This document shows positions 1-9,819 of a stretch of 64,000 nucleotides of DNA, piece by piece. The number at the start of each line of letters is the position of its first letter. Within the stretch, counting starts at the first letter, position 1. This stretch comes from Eledone cirrhosa (taxonomy: Eukaryota). The notes under the pieces were generated by a model. The model was given only the letters and a program-made list of their open reading frames with translations, had not been told where the DNA came from and did not search any database. Location of the stretch: positions 35,030,001 to 35,094,000 of the forward strand of contig OZ024751.1 in assembly GCA_964016885.1 (NCBI GenBank), read 5' to 3'. A program made the translations under genes and the position numbers.

Positions 1-452
1 TCCAAGACAATGTCACTGGACCGAGATCTTTGGCGGTACTCAGTAATAGAGAAGACCCGCCTTACCTAGATACAAAGTAAAACCTACTACAGTCAGTAGG
101 CACCTCTAACAAAATACACCCCCACCCCATCCACACCGCCCCTTTCAATGTAAAGTTATGTTGGTGCCACAACATCCAGGCCGAAACAAATGAGGTCGTG
201 TAGGTGTCACGACAAAAAAAAAAAACACAGTCCACGCAGTAATGTGGCCGTGTAGGTAACACGGTAAAAACCTCCCAGTCCCACACTGTAAATGCGGTTG
301 GTGTTAGGAAGGGCATCCAGCTGTAGAAAACCCGCCAGACAGTCCTATGCGAGCAAGACAACCACTCTTGCCTCAAGTGGGAAAATTCCCGTCCAAACCC
401 ATGCAAGCGTGGAATATGGACGTTAAACGATGATGATGATGATGATGATGAT
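1..452 (+). mobile_element. RTE-clade LINE 3' end (ORF C-terminus, 3' UTR, (GAT)n tail)
   Basis: 1..69 reads SKTMSLDRDLWRYSVIEKTRLT*; same sequence as the 3' end of the element at 26151-28077; ends ggacgttaaac(gat)n. Confidence 0.85.
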
Positions 453-570
453 ATATATATATATATATATATATATTCCTTTGACATTTCTTAGAAAAAA
501 AATGAAAAAGTTTTGTGAGAACCCCAATGTTTATTTATTTTATTTTATTTTTAAATAAAATTAATAACAT

Positions 571-1208
571 TAATTTTATTTTGAAATTAGGTTTATAAAT
601 ATTAATTATCAGCAGACCTTTGTAGCAGTCTTGGCGGCTTAGTGGGAAGTACCAGAGATGGTGAGGTCCTTGTCTGTAGGTTCAATCCTGGTCTGGGAGT
701 TCAATCATTGCTGTAATGTGTCCTGTTAATCTTTTTTTAAATTTTCCTCAGAAAAAACTGAAAATCTTTGGTGAGAACCCCAATGTCTATTTATCTAATA
801 TAATTTAATTTATTTTATTTTATTTTACTTTAGTTAAATTGTCAAAACCACTGGTGATCTAAAGTTAGAGGAGACAGATAAAATAGACATATTGTCTCCT
901 CAACCTTTAGATCTTCAGTGTTTTCGACAATTTAACTAAAATAAAAAATTAAATTCAATATAATTAAATAAATAGGGGTTCTCTTTTTCAAAGAGATATA
1001 GAAAGAAAATTATAAAAGATTAACATGACACCTTACATGTATCTCATGGACCAGGATTGAACCTGAGTCCCCAATTCAACCCTCAGACCAGGATTGAACA
1101 CCCAGAACAGGATCTCACCATCTCTGGTACTTCCCACTAAGCTACCAAGACTGATACAAAGATGTACTGAAATTTAATATTTATAAACCTACTTTCAAAA
1201 TAAAATTA
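571..1208. repeat. ~640-bp imperfect palindrome with tRNA-like heads in both arms
   Basis: gcttagtgggaagtaccagagatggtgag (637) is inverted at ~1113-1142; central ~48-bp stem 828-940; a third direct arm copy at 1234-1600. Confidence 0.85.
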
Positions 1209-1600
1209 AAAATAAAATATATATATATATATATTCCTTTGACATTTCTTAGAAAAAAGAACTGAAAAAGTTTTGTGAGAACGCCAATGTCTATTTATTT
1301 TATTTTATTTTTAATTAAATTAGTTATATTTTGAAAGTAGGTTTATAAATATTAATTTTCAATAGACCTTTGTAGCAGTCTTGGTGGCTTAGTGGGAAGT
1401 ACCAGAGATGGTGAGATCCTTGTCTGTAAGTTCAATTCTTGCTTGGAGACATGTCTAATGTGTCCTATTAATCTTTTTTTAATTTTCCTTTTACATCTCT
1501 TAGAAATAACTGAAAATCTTTGGTGAGAACCCCAATGTCTATTTATCTAATATAATTAATTTAATTTAATTTAATTTAATTTTTATTTTAGTGAAACCAC

Positions 1601-1938
1601 TGTTGTATTCAAGAGACCAGGTGGAGGGGTGGGTCTGCTAGATTCATCGTGGGTAAAGAACGGTGCTATGAACTTTTCTGGGTGGGAAATGACAATGGGC
1701 TGGGTATACACATACCACCCCACCACCCCACCGTAAAGTGGTCGTGGAGGCGCCACGGCAAAAAAGCACCCAGCCCGCTCTGTAAAGCTGACGTGGAGGT
1801 GCCACGGAAAAAAAAAAAGCACCCAGCACTCACTGCAAACTGGGTTGGCGTCAGGAAGGGCACCCAGCTGTAGAAACCAATCCAGAATCAGCTCCCACCC
1901 CACCCTTGCAAGCATGGAAAAGCGGACGTATGATGAAG
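1601..1938 (+). mobile_element. Bipartite RTE derivative cut by the spacer junction (also 29226-29563, 50899-51236)
   Basis: Begins abruptly at tgttgtattcaagagacc (CCIQETRW), equivalent to 7575. Confidence 0.8.
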
Positions 1939-1941
1939 TTG

Positions 1942-2041
1942 ATATATATATATATATATTAGTATATATATACACATACATATGTACACATATACACATA
2001 CATATATATATATATATACACACACATATATATCAGTGTAC

Positions 2042-2083
<42 letters not shown>
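1942..2083 (+). repeat. (TA)n-rich microsatellite after the bipartite RTE tail (every monomer)
   Basis: Directly visible; length differs between monomers. Confidence 0.9.
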
Positions 2084-2087
<4 letters not shown>

Positions 2088-2754
2088 GAATATTTATTCA
2101 ATTTAAAGCGCCAATTATCTATATATAACAAGATATGAATTTTTCTAGGGATGGGGAAATTTTCAGTTTGTTTTTATATTTTCACTTCATTTTTTACTTT
2201 CTATTTAATACAGTCTTTGATCCAATATAATCCTGACAGTATTTGAACCAGTTTACCTCATATATATGTATGCACACACAACACTCAAGTTTCGCCATCT
2301 ACTGCTATTTCATTCATATTTATTGTTTAATTAACTCTGGTCTAATTCATCAACTATTGTTAATTATATTATTACGTAGATTTCTTATAAAATCTAGTGC
2401 ATATATACGTGTATATACAGGGAGACACTGTGTAATAGATGTAAAGAGAGTGGGAGATAGAGTTATAGAAGTAAAGAGAGGGAGAGAAATAAGCGGTAGA
2501 TAGAGCAATAGATGTAAAGAGAGGGTTAGAACGTTCAACTTGACAGTCAGTACATATGCCAACTACCCAACCGGCCAGCCAGCCGTATTTGCGGTTGACT
2601 GGCCAGTTGGGCGGTTGGTATGTGGAACGTTCAACTATGCAGTCAGTACCAAAGTTCAACATTGTAGCCAGTGCATATGCCGATCGCCGCGACCTCTTTG
2701 CTCTATTTAAATGACCTGGAACTAAGTAAAAAGAGTAGGAGATAACTCGACAAG

Positions 2755-2840
2755 AGCGGAGAGGGTGAGATTCGAACCATGTAAAGTCGTTGGCTCCTGA
2801 ACTTCGTAAGCGGGGCTGCTACTGACTGAGCAACGCCGGC
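2755..2840 (-). other. tRNA-like Pol III head (also 8740-8825, 14640-14725, 20595-20680, 30382-30467, 36365-36450, 42264-42349, 52055-52140, 58038-58123, partial at window end)
   Basis: Minus strand GCCGGCGTTGCTCAGTCAGTAG (A box-like), GGTTCGAATC (B box), T5 about 25 nt downstream; no acceptor stem. Confidence 0.6.
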
Positions 2841-3143
2841 AGCAAGGCAAATCGCGCATAAAATAACGCTTATATCGAGAAAATAAAACAAAAATTTCAA
2901 TGTTGCACTCTTGTTTGTTGTTCTTTTATTTTACGTAAACATTTCGCTGCTCTAGCCTCTTATTTCCTATTAGATTACACTTAATTCCATTAAACATTCA
3001 TTCTTAGTCTCGTGGTAAACTATTTCATCTATATTTATATCGCTGTTACAGCCTTTTATTTCTACATCTATCACCTATAGCCACTGTTACGCCGGTAGTA
3101 TAAGTAGCTTTATAACAAGAAACGATGATATAACTCCACAAAA

Positions 3144-3196
3144 TGTCTTCTTGAGCAAGACACTTCACCTCATATTGCTCCAGTACACCGAGTTAC
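3144..3196 (+). mobile_element. Isolated CORE-SINE core fragment (every monomer)
   Basis: cttgagcaagacacttcacctcatattgctccagt matches the core of the 6504-6859 SINE. Confidence 0.65.
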
Positions 3197-3856
3197 ACAT
3201 AGACAGACACATACATACACATATATATGTACACAGATAGAAATAAGAGGGAGATAGAGTAAAAGATGTAAAGATAGTGTAAAAGATTTAAAGAGAGGGT
3301 GAGAGTGTGACACACATTTATCTGTCTATCTCTCTCTATTTTAACACCGGTCGTTATAATTAGTTTTATAACACCGCTATATTACCGACATGAAAGAGGT
3401 AAATAATTATTTCTTAAATGTTTAGAACATGTTTCTCTTGTCTTCTTAAATGTATAGAACATGTTTCTTATTTATATTCTTAACATAGCTAGGACCTTAT
3501 CTCATTTACTGGTCTCTACTTTTAGGGCTTTGCTGGTCCCATGTGCCCTCCATGAAGACACACTCGCCCCTTCTCTCTCAGTCTCCGTACTAATTACTAC
3601 ACATACGTATATATATTTATTTTAAGAAACCTTAATGACAAATAATATAAAGTGTTTGTAAAGTGGGGAAGAGTAGTTTTACGGTGGGGTTGTTATATAG
3701 ATATCGTTTTTGCAGTGGGGTCGTGACTGGCGTATAATAATGAGTCACTGTTGATGTATATACAAATCATATTTTGGATATAAGTGAAGTTATTTAAGAG
3801 ATTTAGTTGTTTTGTATACATTCCAGTTGTTGTCTCCCTGTTTCTTCTTCAACAAC

Positions 3857-5850
3857 CTATAACGGTACGCGATGGGGCCCACCCACAGCCCCGGCGGACA
3901 GAATGGAGAAGGCGTTTCCCCGGAGCACGGCAAGGGAGACGCGCTGGAAAAGCCACTCCAACTCGCGGGGCTCACACCTGCGACTGGCCAGCTCAGCGCC
4001 TATGGTGGTGAGTAAGGAGGTAGCCCTGGGGTCGAGGACACCAGAAGTCTCCACTTCCAGGGGTACGACCGCAAACCTGTCGGAGAGTGAACGATATGTG
4101 AGGAGTTTGGCCCTCTCAGCCTGACGTGCAGCAGAACCTGGGCCAGTCGCAGACTGCACCAGGTTGCGGCTGCAGAAAGTGTCGGTGCAAGTGGCATCCC
4201 AGACGAGGGGTTTGCCACCGCGGAACGGGAAGATGGTCATGCCATCTGGCCTTTTGCCGTCCCCTGGAGCTGGGAAGGGAAGCCTGCAGCGTCCAAGCCA
4301 TGCTTAATGATTTCGTTGAGGGCAGCATGGCGTGGATTGCGGCTGGCACTGTGGCGACAGGAAAGCGGGTGGAGGCCGAAAGAGTCCATGGTGGAACGGC
4401 AGCGACATTGGTGTGAGGCCGAGCCTCAGGGAAACGCCGATGCGCAAGCTATGGTTGTCTAGCTGCGTGCGAGTGGAGAAGGAGGGCAGGGCATGGAGCC
4501 AGGCCCCACTGTGGGGTTTGGAGGCCGCACGAAAACAAACAAGGCGGTGCTGGTCGAGCTGGCACGTGAGCCTGTCTGAGGCCAGGCTGCACTGGATGGC
4601 ATCCCAAGTGTGTTGGGGGGACTTGACGTCAACAGGGGGAGAAGGAGGAGGAACGTCTACTGGGCTAAGTCCCAGCCGGTGCCACGTCTCACAGGCGGCC
4701 ACGCGTTCTCTGAACACAGAGGGTTCTGTTGTGTTTTGAAGAACCCTGCTGAGATGGACGTGGTACGAGGTTACCGACGAAAGATACGCCGGCAAAGCTA
4801 GTGAGATCGGGGACTGGAGGCGAAGGTCGCCATACCTGATAGGTAAAGTTGCATATCTCATCGGCTGCTGCTCGGATACAAGTCTGGGTGTAGCACAGAG
4901 TGTATAGAGGAGCTTCGGCATGGCGTAGCAGTTCCTCAGCAGAAAGAGAACTGGGTGGCCATCAATCAAGCCCAGTCGGCTCGTGAGAGTCTGAACTTGA
5001 TGGTGGAGCGGATGGCCGGCGGGTGGATCGGTGAGGGCATCCTCTTTGGGGGTCACCTGAACCTGGCGGAGAATGGACCGCACGTCCAAGACGGAGACTG
5101 CAAAGCTTGCAGCATCGAGGCTGACATTCACCACCTCCGACTTGGCTGAGTTGACCTGGAGGTCGATTCCCGCCAGGGCAGGAACCACCGATTGAAGGTC
5201 ATGGCAGACCGCCTGTACGGGCCCACCCAAAGTAGCATCATCCAGATACCAAACGTTGAGAGGGGCCATTATACTCCGGGCGATGTGGTCAATACCAAGG
5301 GTGAACAGGAGGGGTCCCAAAGGGTTGCCCTGTTGGATCCCAGTAGCCAAGGGTATGACCGTATCAGCAGCATGTCGCATGCTCGGGGCTCCATATGACA
5401 GCTAGGCAGAGGGGGCTCGGCTGAGGCAGGCCTCGAGCAGATGATCCCAGCGTAAAGAGTTGAAGGCATTCCTCATGTCAAACTTGACAATGAGGTGGCT
5501 GGAGTCCCTGGATGACGGTTCCGAGTGTTACGGACTTGCAGGTTACCTTGGCAGCCAGCCTCCGGAAGACATTGCCCACAGCAATGGGGCGTATGCCACC
5601 CTCTTTCTTCCTGAGAGCGGTGAAGCTGGCTGAAAAAAAGAGGCCTCGAGCATAAGAGTCCAGGGCGCCATGGATGAGCCTATTGGTGAGCGCCACAATT
5701 GCACTCAGAAGGCGGCGCCCGGCCTCAGCGGAGAGGGGAGATGTCAACTCCTTGAGGAGGCCTGGTCAGAGACCATCAACATCACCGCAGCTGCTAGCTG
5801 GGAAGGACCTGATGGCGGACATGATGTCTGCATCAGAAGCCACAACGAGC
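3857..5850 (-). mobile_element. Decayed CRE-clade non-LTR retrotransposon (RT, CCHC knuckle, restriction-like endonuclease), monomer A
   Basis: Across frames: RPIAVGNVFRRLAAK, KFDMRNAFNS, GIQQGNPLGPLLF, WYLDD, ATLPIRYG, SGAWLHALP, CRC..HPLSC..RHAALNEII, KRPDGMTIFPFRGGKPLVWDAT, VPLEVETSG. Stops, frameshifts, internal deletions, 5' truncated. Confidence 0.88.
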
Positions 5851-5932
5851 AAGTGTGGATTACAATACAAAACCTCTGAGAATGATTTCTAAGATATTTC
5901 ACCATAATTAATTTTCATCAATATATATTAAT

Positions 5933-6235
5933 ATTATTATTGTTTATTAGGTCAGGTGGATTGGCCAGAACAATTCTACTCTTCTTTTTTAGATGTCACG
6001 ATTTTTCATGGCATTCCTGAGATCATTAATCTCCAGCTGGAGATCCAGAGACATCTGATGTATGTAGGTGAACCTCAGTCATCCCACTAGGGTCTTACTA
6101 TGTTTAGGTATCCACCACAGGAGCCAGCTCATCAGGTCATCCTACCCTCAGCAGCAATGTCCAGCATCTATTGATTTCCGCTCCCTAGTTATTGTGGTAA
6201 TCTTCGATATCTGGGAATATATTTCTTCTGCTTAA
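5933..6235 (-). mobile_element. Old RTE/RTEX-type LINE 3' fragment (all monomers: also ~11858, 17798, 23729, 33560, 39484, 45398, 55233, 61156)
   Basis: Minus-strand translation with stops: ISKITTITRERKSIDAGHC..LMSWLLWWIPKH..FTYIHQ..DLRNAMKNRD; ends in a (TAA)-rich tail. Confidence 0.65.
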
Positions 6236-6310
6236 GGGAGTAATAAATATATAGTTTTTAAAAAAACATATATATACACACACATATATATATGTTGTCA
6301 TTTATAAGAG

Positions 6311-6449
6311 TTCTCTATCAAAAGCCTTCTCTATGTCCAAAGCTAAGTATAGTGGCTTATTTTTCTCTAAGAACCTCTTTTGTAGTTGTCTCACTAAGAA
6401 GAGGGCATCTGTTGCACTTTTCAGCGGCACAAAACCAAACTGCATCTCA
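6311..6449 (-). mobile_element. RTE RT fragment (all monomers; cut at 24224 and 45893 in D monomers)
   Basis: EMQFGFVPLKSATDALFLVRQLQKRFLEKNKPLYLALDIEKAFDR aligns by eye to the spacer RT EMQFGFVSGKSTTDALFIVRQLQEKYLVKSKPLYLAFVDLEKAFDR. Confidence 0.85.
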
Positions 6450-6503
6450 TACACATACATACATATACATACATACATACATACATATACACATACATAC
6501 ATA

Positions 6504-6859
6504 CATCATCATCATCATCATCATCATCATTTCGTTTTAAGTCCGCTTTTTCCCTGCTTGTAAGGGTGGGACAGGAACTGATTCTGGCTTGATTTCTACA
6601 GCTGGATGCCCTTCCTAACACCAACCTCATTTACAGTGAGTGCTGAGTGCTTTTTTGCCGTGGCACCTCCACGACCACTTTGCAGTGGAATGATATGGAC
6701 CCCAGTCCCTATCATCTCATTTCTACAGCTGAGTAAACTGGAGCAATGTGAAATAAAGTGTCTTGCTCAAGGAAACAACACATCACCCGGTCTGAGAATT
6801 GAACTCACAACCTTTCGATTGCCAGGCCAATGCTCGAACCACTAAGCCATGTGCCTCCA
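6504..6859 (-). mobile_element. tRNA-derived CORE-SINE with RTE-type 3' tail
   Basis: Minus strand: A box TGGCTTAGTGG, B box GAGTTCAATTC, CORE-like CCTTGAGCAAGACACTTTATTTCACATTGCTCCAGTTTACTCAGCTGTAGAAATG (resembles MIR core), then GGTTGGTGTTAGGAAGGGCATCCAGCTGTAGAAA shared with the RTE 3' UTR, (GAT)n end. Confidence 0.85.
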
Positions 6860-7363
6860 TATACATATACATATACATACACATACATATACATATACAT
6901 ACATATATATATACATACATACATATATACACATACATACATACATACACATACATACACATATACATACATATATATACATACATACACATACATAGAT
7001 ATATATATATACATAATATAAATATACATACATACACATACATAAGCATATACACATAAGTATATATACATATACACACGTATATATACATATACATACA
7101 TACATATATACACATACATACATATATACATACATACACACATATACATACATATATACATATACACATACATACATATACATACATATACACATACATA
7201 CATATATATACATACACACACATATATACATACACACACATATATACAAACACATACATATACACATATATACACATACATATACATACATATACACATA
7301 TACACTCATATATACATATACATACATACACACACATACATACATATATACATATACATACAT
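6860..7363 (+). repeat. ~500-bp compound (TA/CA/TACA)n microsatellite (also ~12781-13275, 18720-19210, 34487-34990, 40407-40893, 56160-56663, 62075-62571)
   Basis: Directly visible. Confidence 0.95.
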
Positions 7364-7919
7364 AAAGACAAATCCACCTCATGGACGAGAATGCAAGGGC
7401 TCCTCCTCTTTGTTTCGGCCGCGGATGGCTAACCCTAACCCCATCCCCGCTCCCCACCGCTCCCAACCTCCAAACGCAATCCAAAACTTCAGAGTTGGTA
7501 CCATTAATGTAGGCACCTTATAGGGTGGCTCTAACGAGGTTGTAGAAATGCTTGAACGTAAGGAGGTCGATGTTTGTTGTATTCAAGAGACCAGGTGGAG
7601 GGGTGGGTCTGCTAGATTCATCGTGGGTAAAGAACGATGCTATAAGCTTTTCTGTGTGGCAAATAACAATGGGCTGGGTATACACATACCACCCCACCGC
7701 CTCACCGCCCCACCGCAAAGTGGTCGTGGAGGCGCCGCGGCAAAAAAGCACCCAGCCCACACTGTAAAGCTGACGTGGAGGTGCCACGGAAAAAAAAAAG
7801 CACCCAGCACTCACTGCAAACGAGGTTGGCGTCAGGAAGGGCACCCAGCTGTAGAAACCAATCCAGAATCAGCTCCCACCCCACCCTTGCAAGCATGGAA
7901 AAGCGGACGTATGATGAAG
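7364..7919 (+). mobile_element. Internally deleted (bipartite) RTE element: 5' region and APE endonuclease N-terminus fused to RTE 3' UTR
   Basis: [42 protein letters not shown] (APE N-terminus) runs directly into a tail homologous to 110-450. Confidence 0.82.
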
Positions 7920-7926
7920 TTGATAT

Positions 7927-7969
<43 letters not shown>

Positions 7970-8014
7970 TATATATATACACATATATATATACACACAT
8001 ATATATCAGTGTAC

Positions 8015-8045
<31 letters not shown>

Positions 8046-8537
8046 AATGAATATTTATTCAATTTAAAGCGCCAATTATCTATATATAACAAGATATGAA
8101 TTTTTCTAGGGATGGGGAAATTTTCAGTTTGTTTTTATATTTTCACTTCATTTTTTACTTTCTATTTAATACAGTCTTTGATCCAATATAATCCTGACAG
8201 TATTTGAACCAGTTTACCTCATATATATGTATGCACACACAACACTCAAGTTTCGCCATCTACTGCTATTTCATTCATATTTATTGTTTAATTAACTCTG
8301 GTCTAATTCATCAACTATTGTTAATTATATTATTACGTAGATTTCTTATAAAATCTAGTGCATATATACGTGTATATATACAGGGAGACACTGTAATAGA
8401 TGTAAAGAGAGTGGGAGATAGAGTTATAGAAGTAAAGAGAGGGGGAGAAATAAGCGGTAGATAGAGTAATAGATGTAAAGAGAGGGTTAGAACGTTCAAC
8501 TTGACAGTCAGTACAATGTTCAGCATGGTAGCCAGTA

Positions 8538-8609
8538 CATATGCCAACTACCCAACCGGCCAGCCAGCCGCATATGCGGTTGACTGGCCAGTTGGGCGGT
8601 TGGTATGTG
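8538..8609. repeat. 72-nt imperfect palindrome, one per monomer (e.g. 2553-2624)
   Basis: 36-nt arms CATATGCCAACTACCCAACCGGCCAGCCAGCCGCAT and ATGCGGTTGACTGGCCAGTTGGGCGGTTGGTATGTG; 7 differences, all transitions. Confidence 0.85.
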
Positions 8610-9819
8610 GAACGTTCAACTACGCAGTCAGTACCAAAGTTCAACATTGTAGCCAGTGCATATGCCGATCGCCGCGCCCTCTTTGCTCTATTTTAATGAC
8701 CTGGAACTAAGTAAAAAGAGTAGGAGATAACTCGACAAGAGCGGAGAGGGTGAGATTCGAACCATGTAAAGTCGTTGGCTCCCGAAGTTCGTAAGCGGGG
8801 CTGCTACTGACTGAGCAGCGCCGGCAGCAAGGCAAATCGCGCATAAAATAACGCTTATATCGACAAAAAAATAAAAAAATTTCAATGTTGCACTCTTGTT
8901 TGTTGTTCTTTTATTTTACGTAAACATTTCGCTGCTCTAGCCTCTTATTTCCTATTAGATTACACTTAATTCCATTAAACATTCATTCTTAGTCTCGTGG
9001 TAAACTATTTCATCTATATTTATATCGCTGTTACAGCCTTTTATTTCTACATCTATCACCTATAGCCACTGTTACGCCGGTAGTATAAGTAGCTTTATAA
9101 CAAGAAACGATGATATAACTCCACAAAATGTCTTCTTCAGCAAGACACTTCACTTCATATTGCTCCAGTACACCGAGTTACACATAGACAGATACATACA
9201 TACATACACAGATAGAAATGAGAGGTAGATAGAGTAAAAGATTTAAAGAGAGTGTGAGAAGTACGAGTTAGATAGTGTAAAAGATTTAAAGAGAGGGTGA
9301 GAGTGTGACACACATTTATCTGTCTATCTCTCTCTATTTTAACACCGGTCGTTATAATTAGTTTTATAACACCGCTATATTACCGACATGAAAGAGGTAA
9401 ATAATTATTTCTTAAATGTTTAGAACATGTTTCTCTTGTCTTCTTAAATGTATAGAACATGTTTCTTATTTATATTCTTAACATAGCTAGGACCTTATCT
9501 CATTTACTGGTCTCTACTTTTAGGGCTTTGCTGGTCCCATGTGCCCTCCATGAAGACACACTCGCCCCTTCTCTCTCAGTCTCCGTACTAATTACTACAC
9601 ATACGTATATATATTTATTTTAAGAAACCTTAATGACAAATAATATAAAGTGTTTGTAAAGTGGGGAAGAGTAGTTTTACGGTGGGGTTGTTATATAGAT
9701 ATCGTTTTTGCAGTGGGGTCGTGACTGGCGTATAATAATGAGTCACTGTTGATGTATATACAAATCATGTTTTGGATATAAGTGAAGTTATTTAAGAGAT
9801 TTAGTTGTTTTGTATACAT

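Noticed and set aside
2755-2840. True tRNA gene (ACG in a TTACGAA loop)
   Set aside because: No acceptor stem and a weak anticodon stem; kept only as a tRNA-like head.
3700-3735. Faint resemblance to an snRNA 3' end as a possible CRE target
   Set aside because: Too short; no recognisable snRNA or spliced-leader body.
6128-6135. Hammerhead ribozyme core (CTGATGAG on the minus strand)
   Set aside because: No matching GAAA and stem II; lies within decayed LINE coding sequence.
7429-7442. Telomeric (CCCTAA)n seed
   Set aside because: About two units only, inside the RTE 5' region.
6783-7484. Long Y/I/H/T- or C/V/Y/M-rich ORFs in all frames (and their copies)
   Set aside because: Translations of stop-poor TA/CA microsatellites.
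8491-8670. CRISPR-like repeat-spacer array
   Set aside because: Only four degenerate adjacent units, no unique spacers, no cas genes, eukaryotic context.
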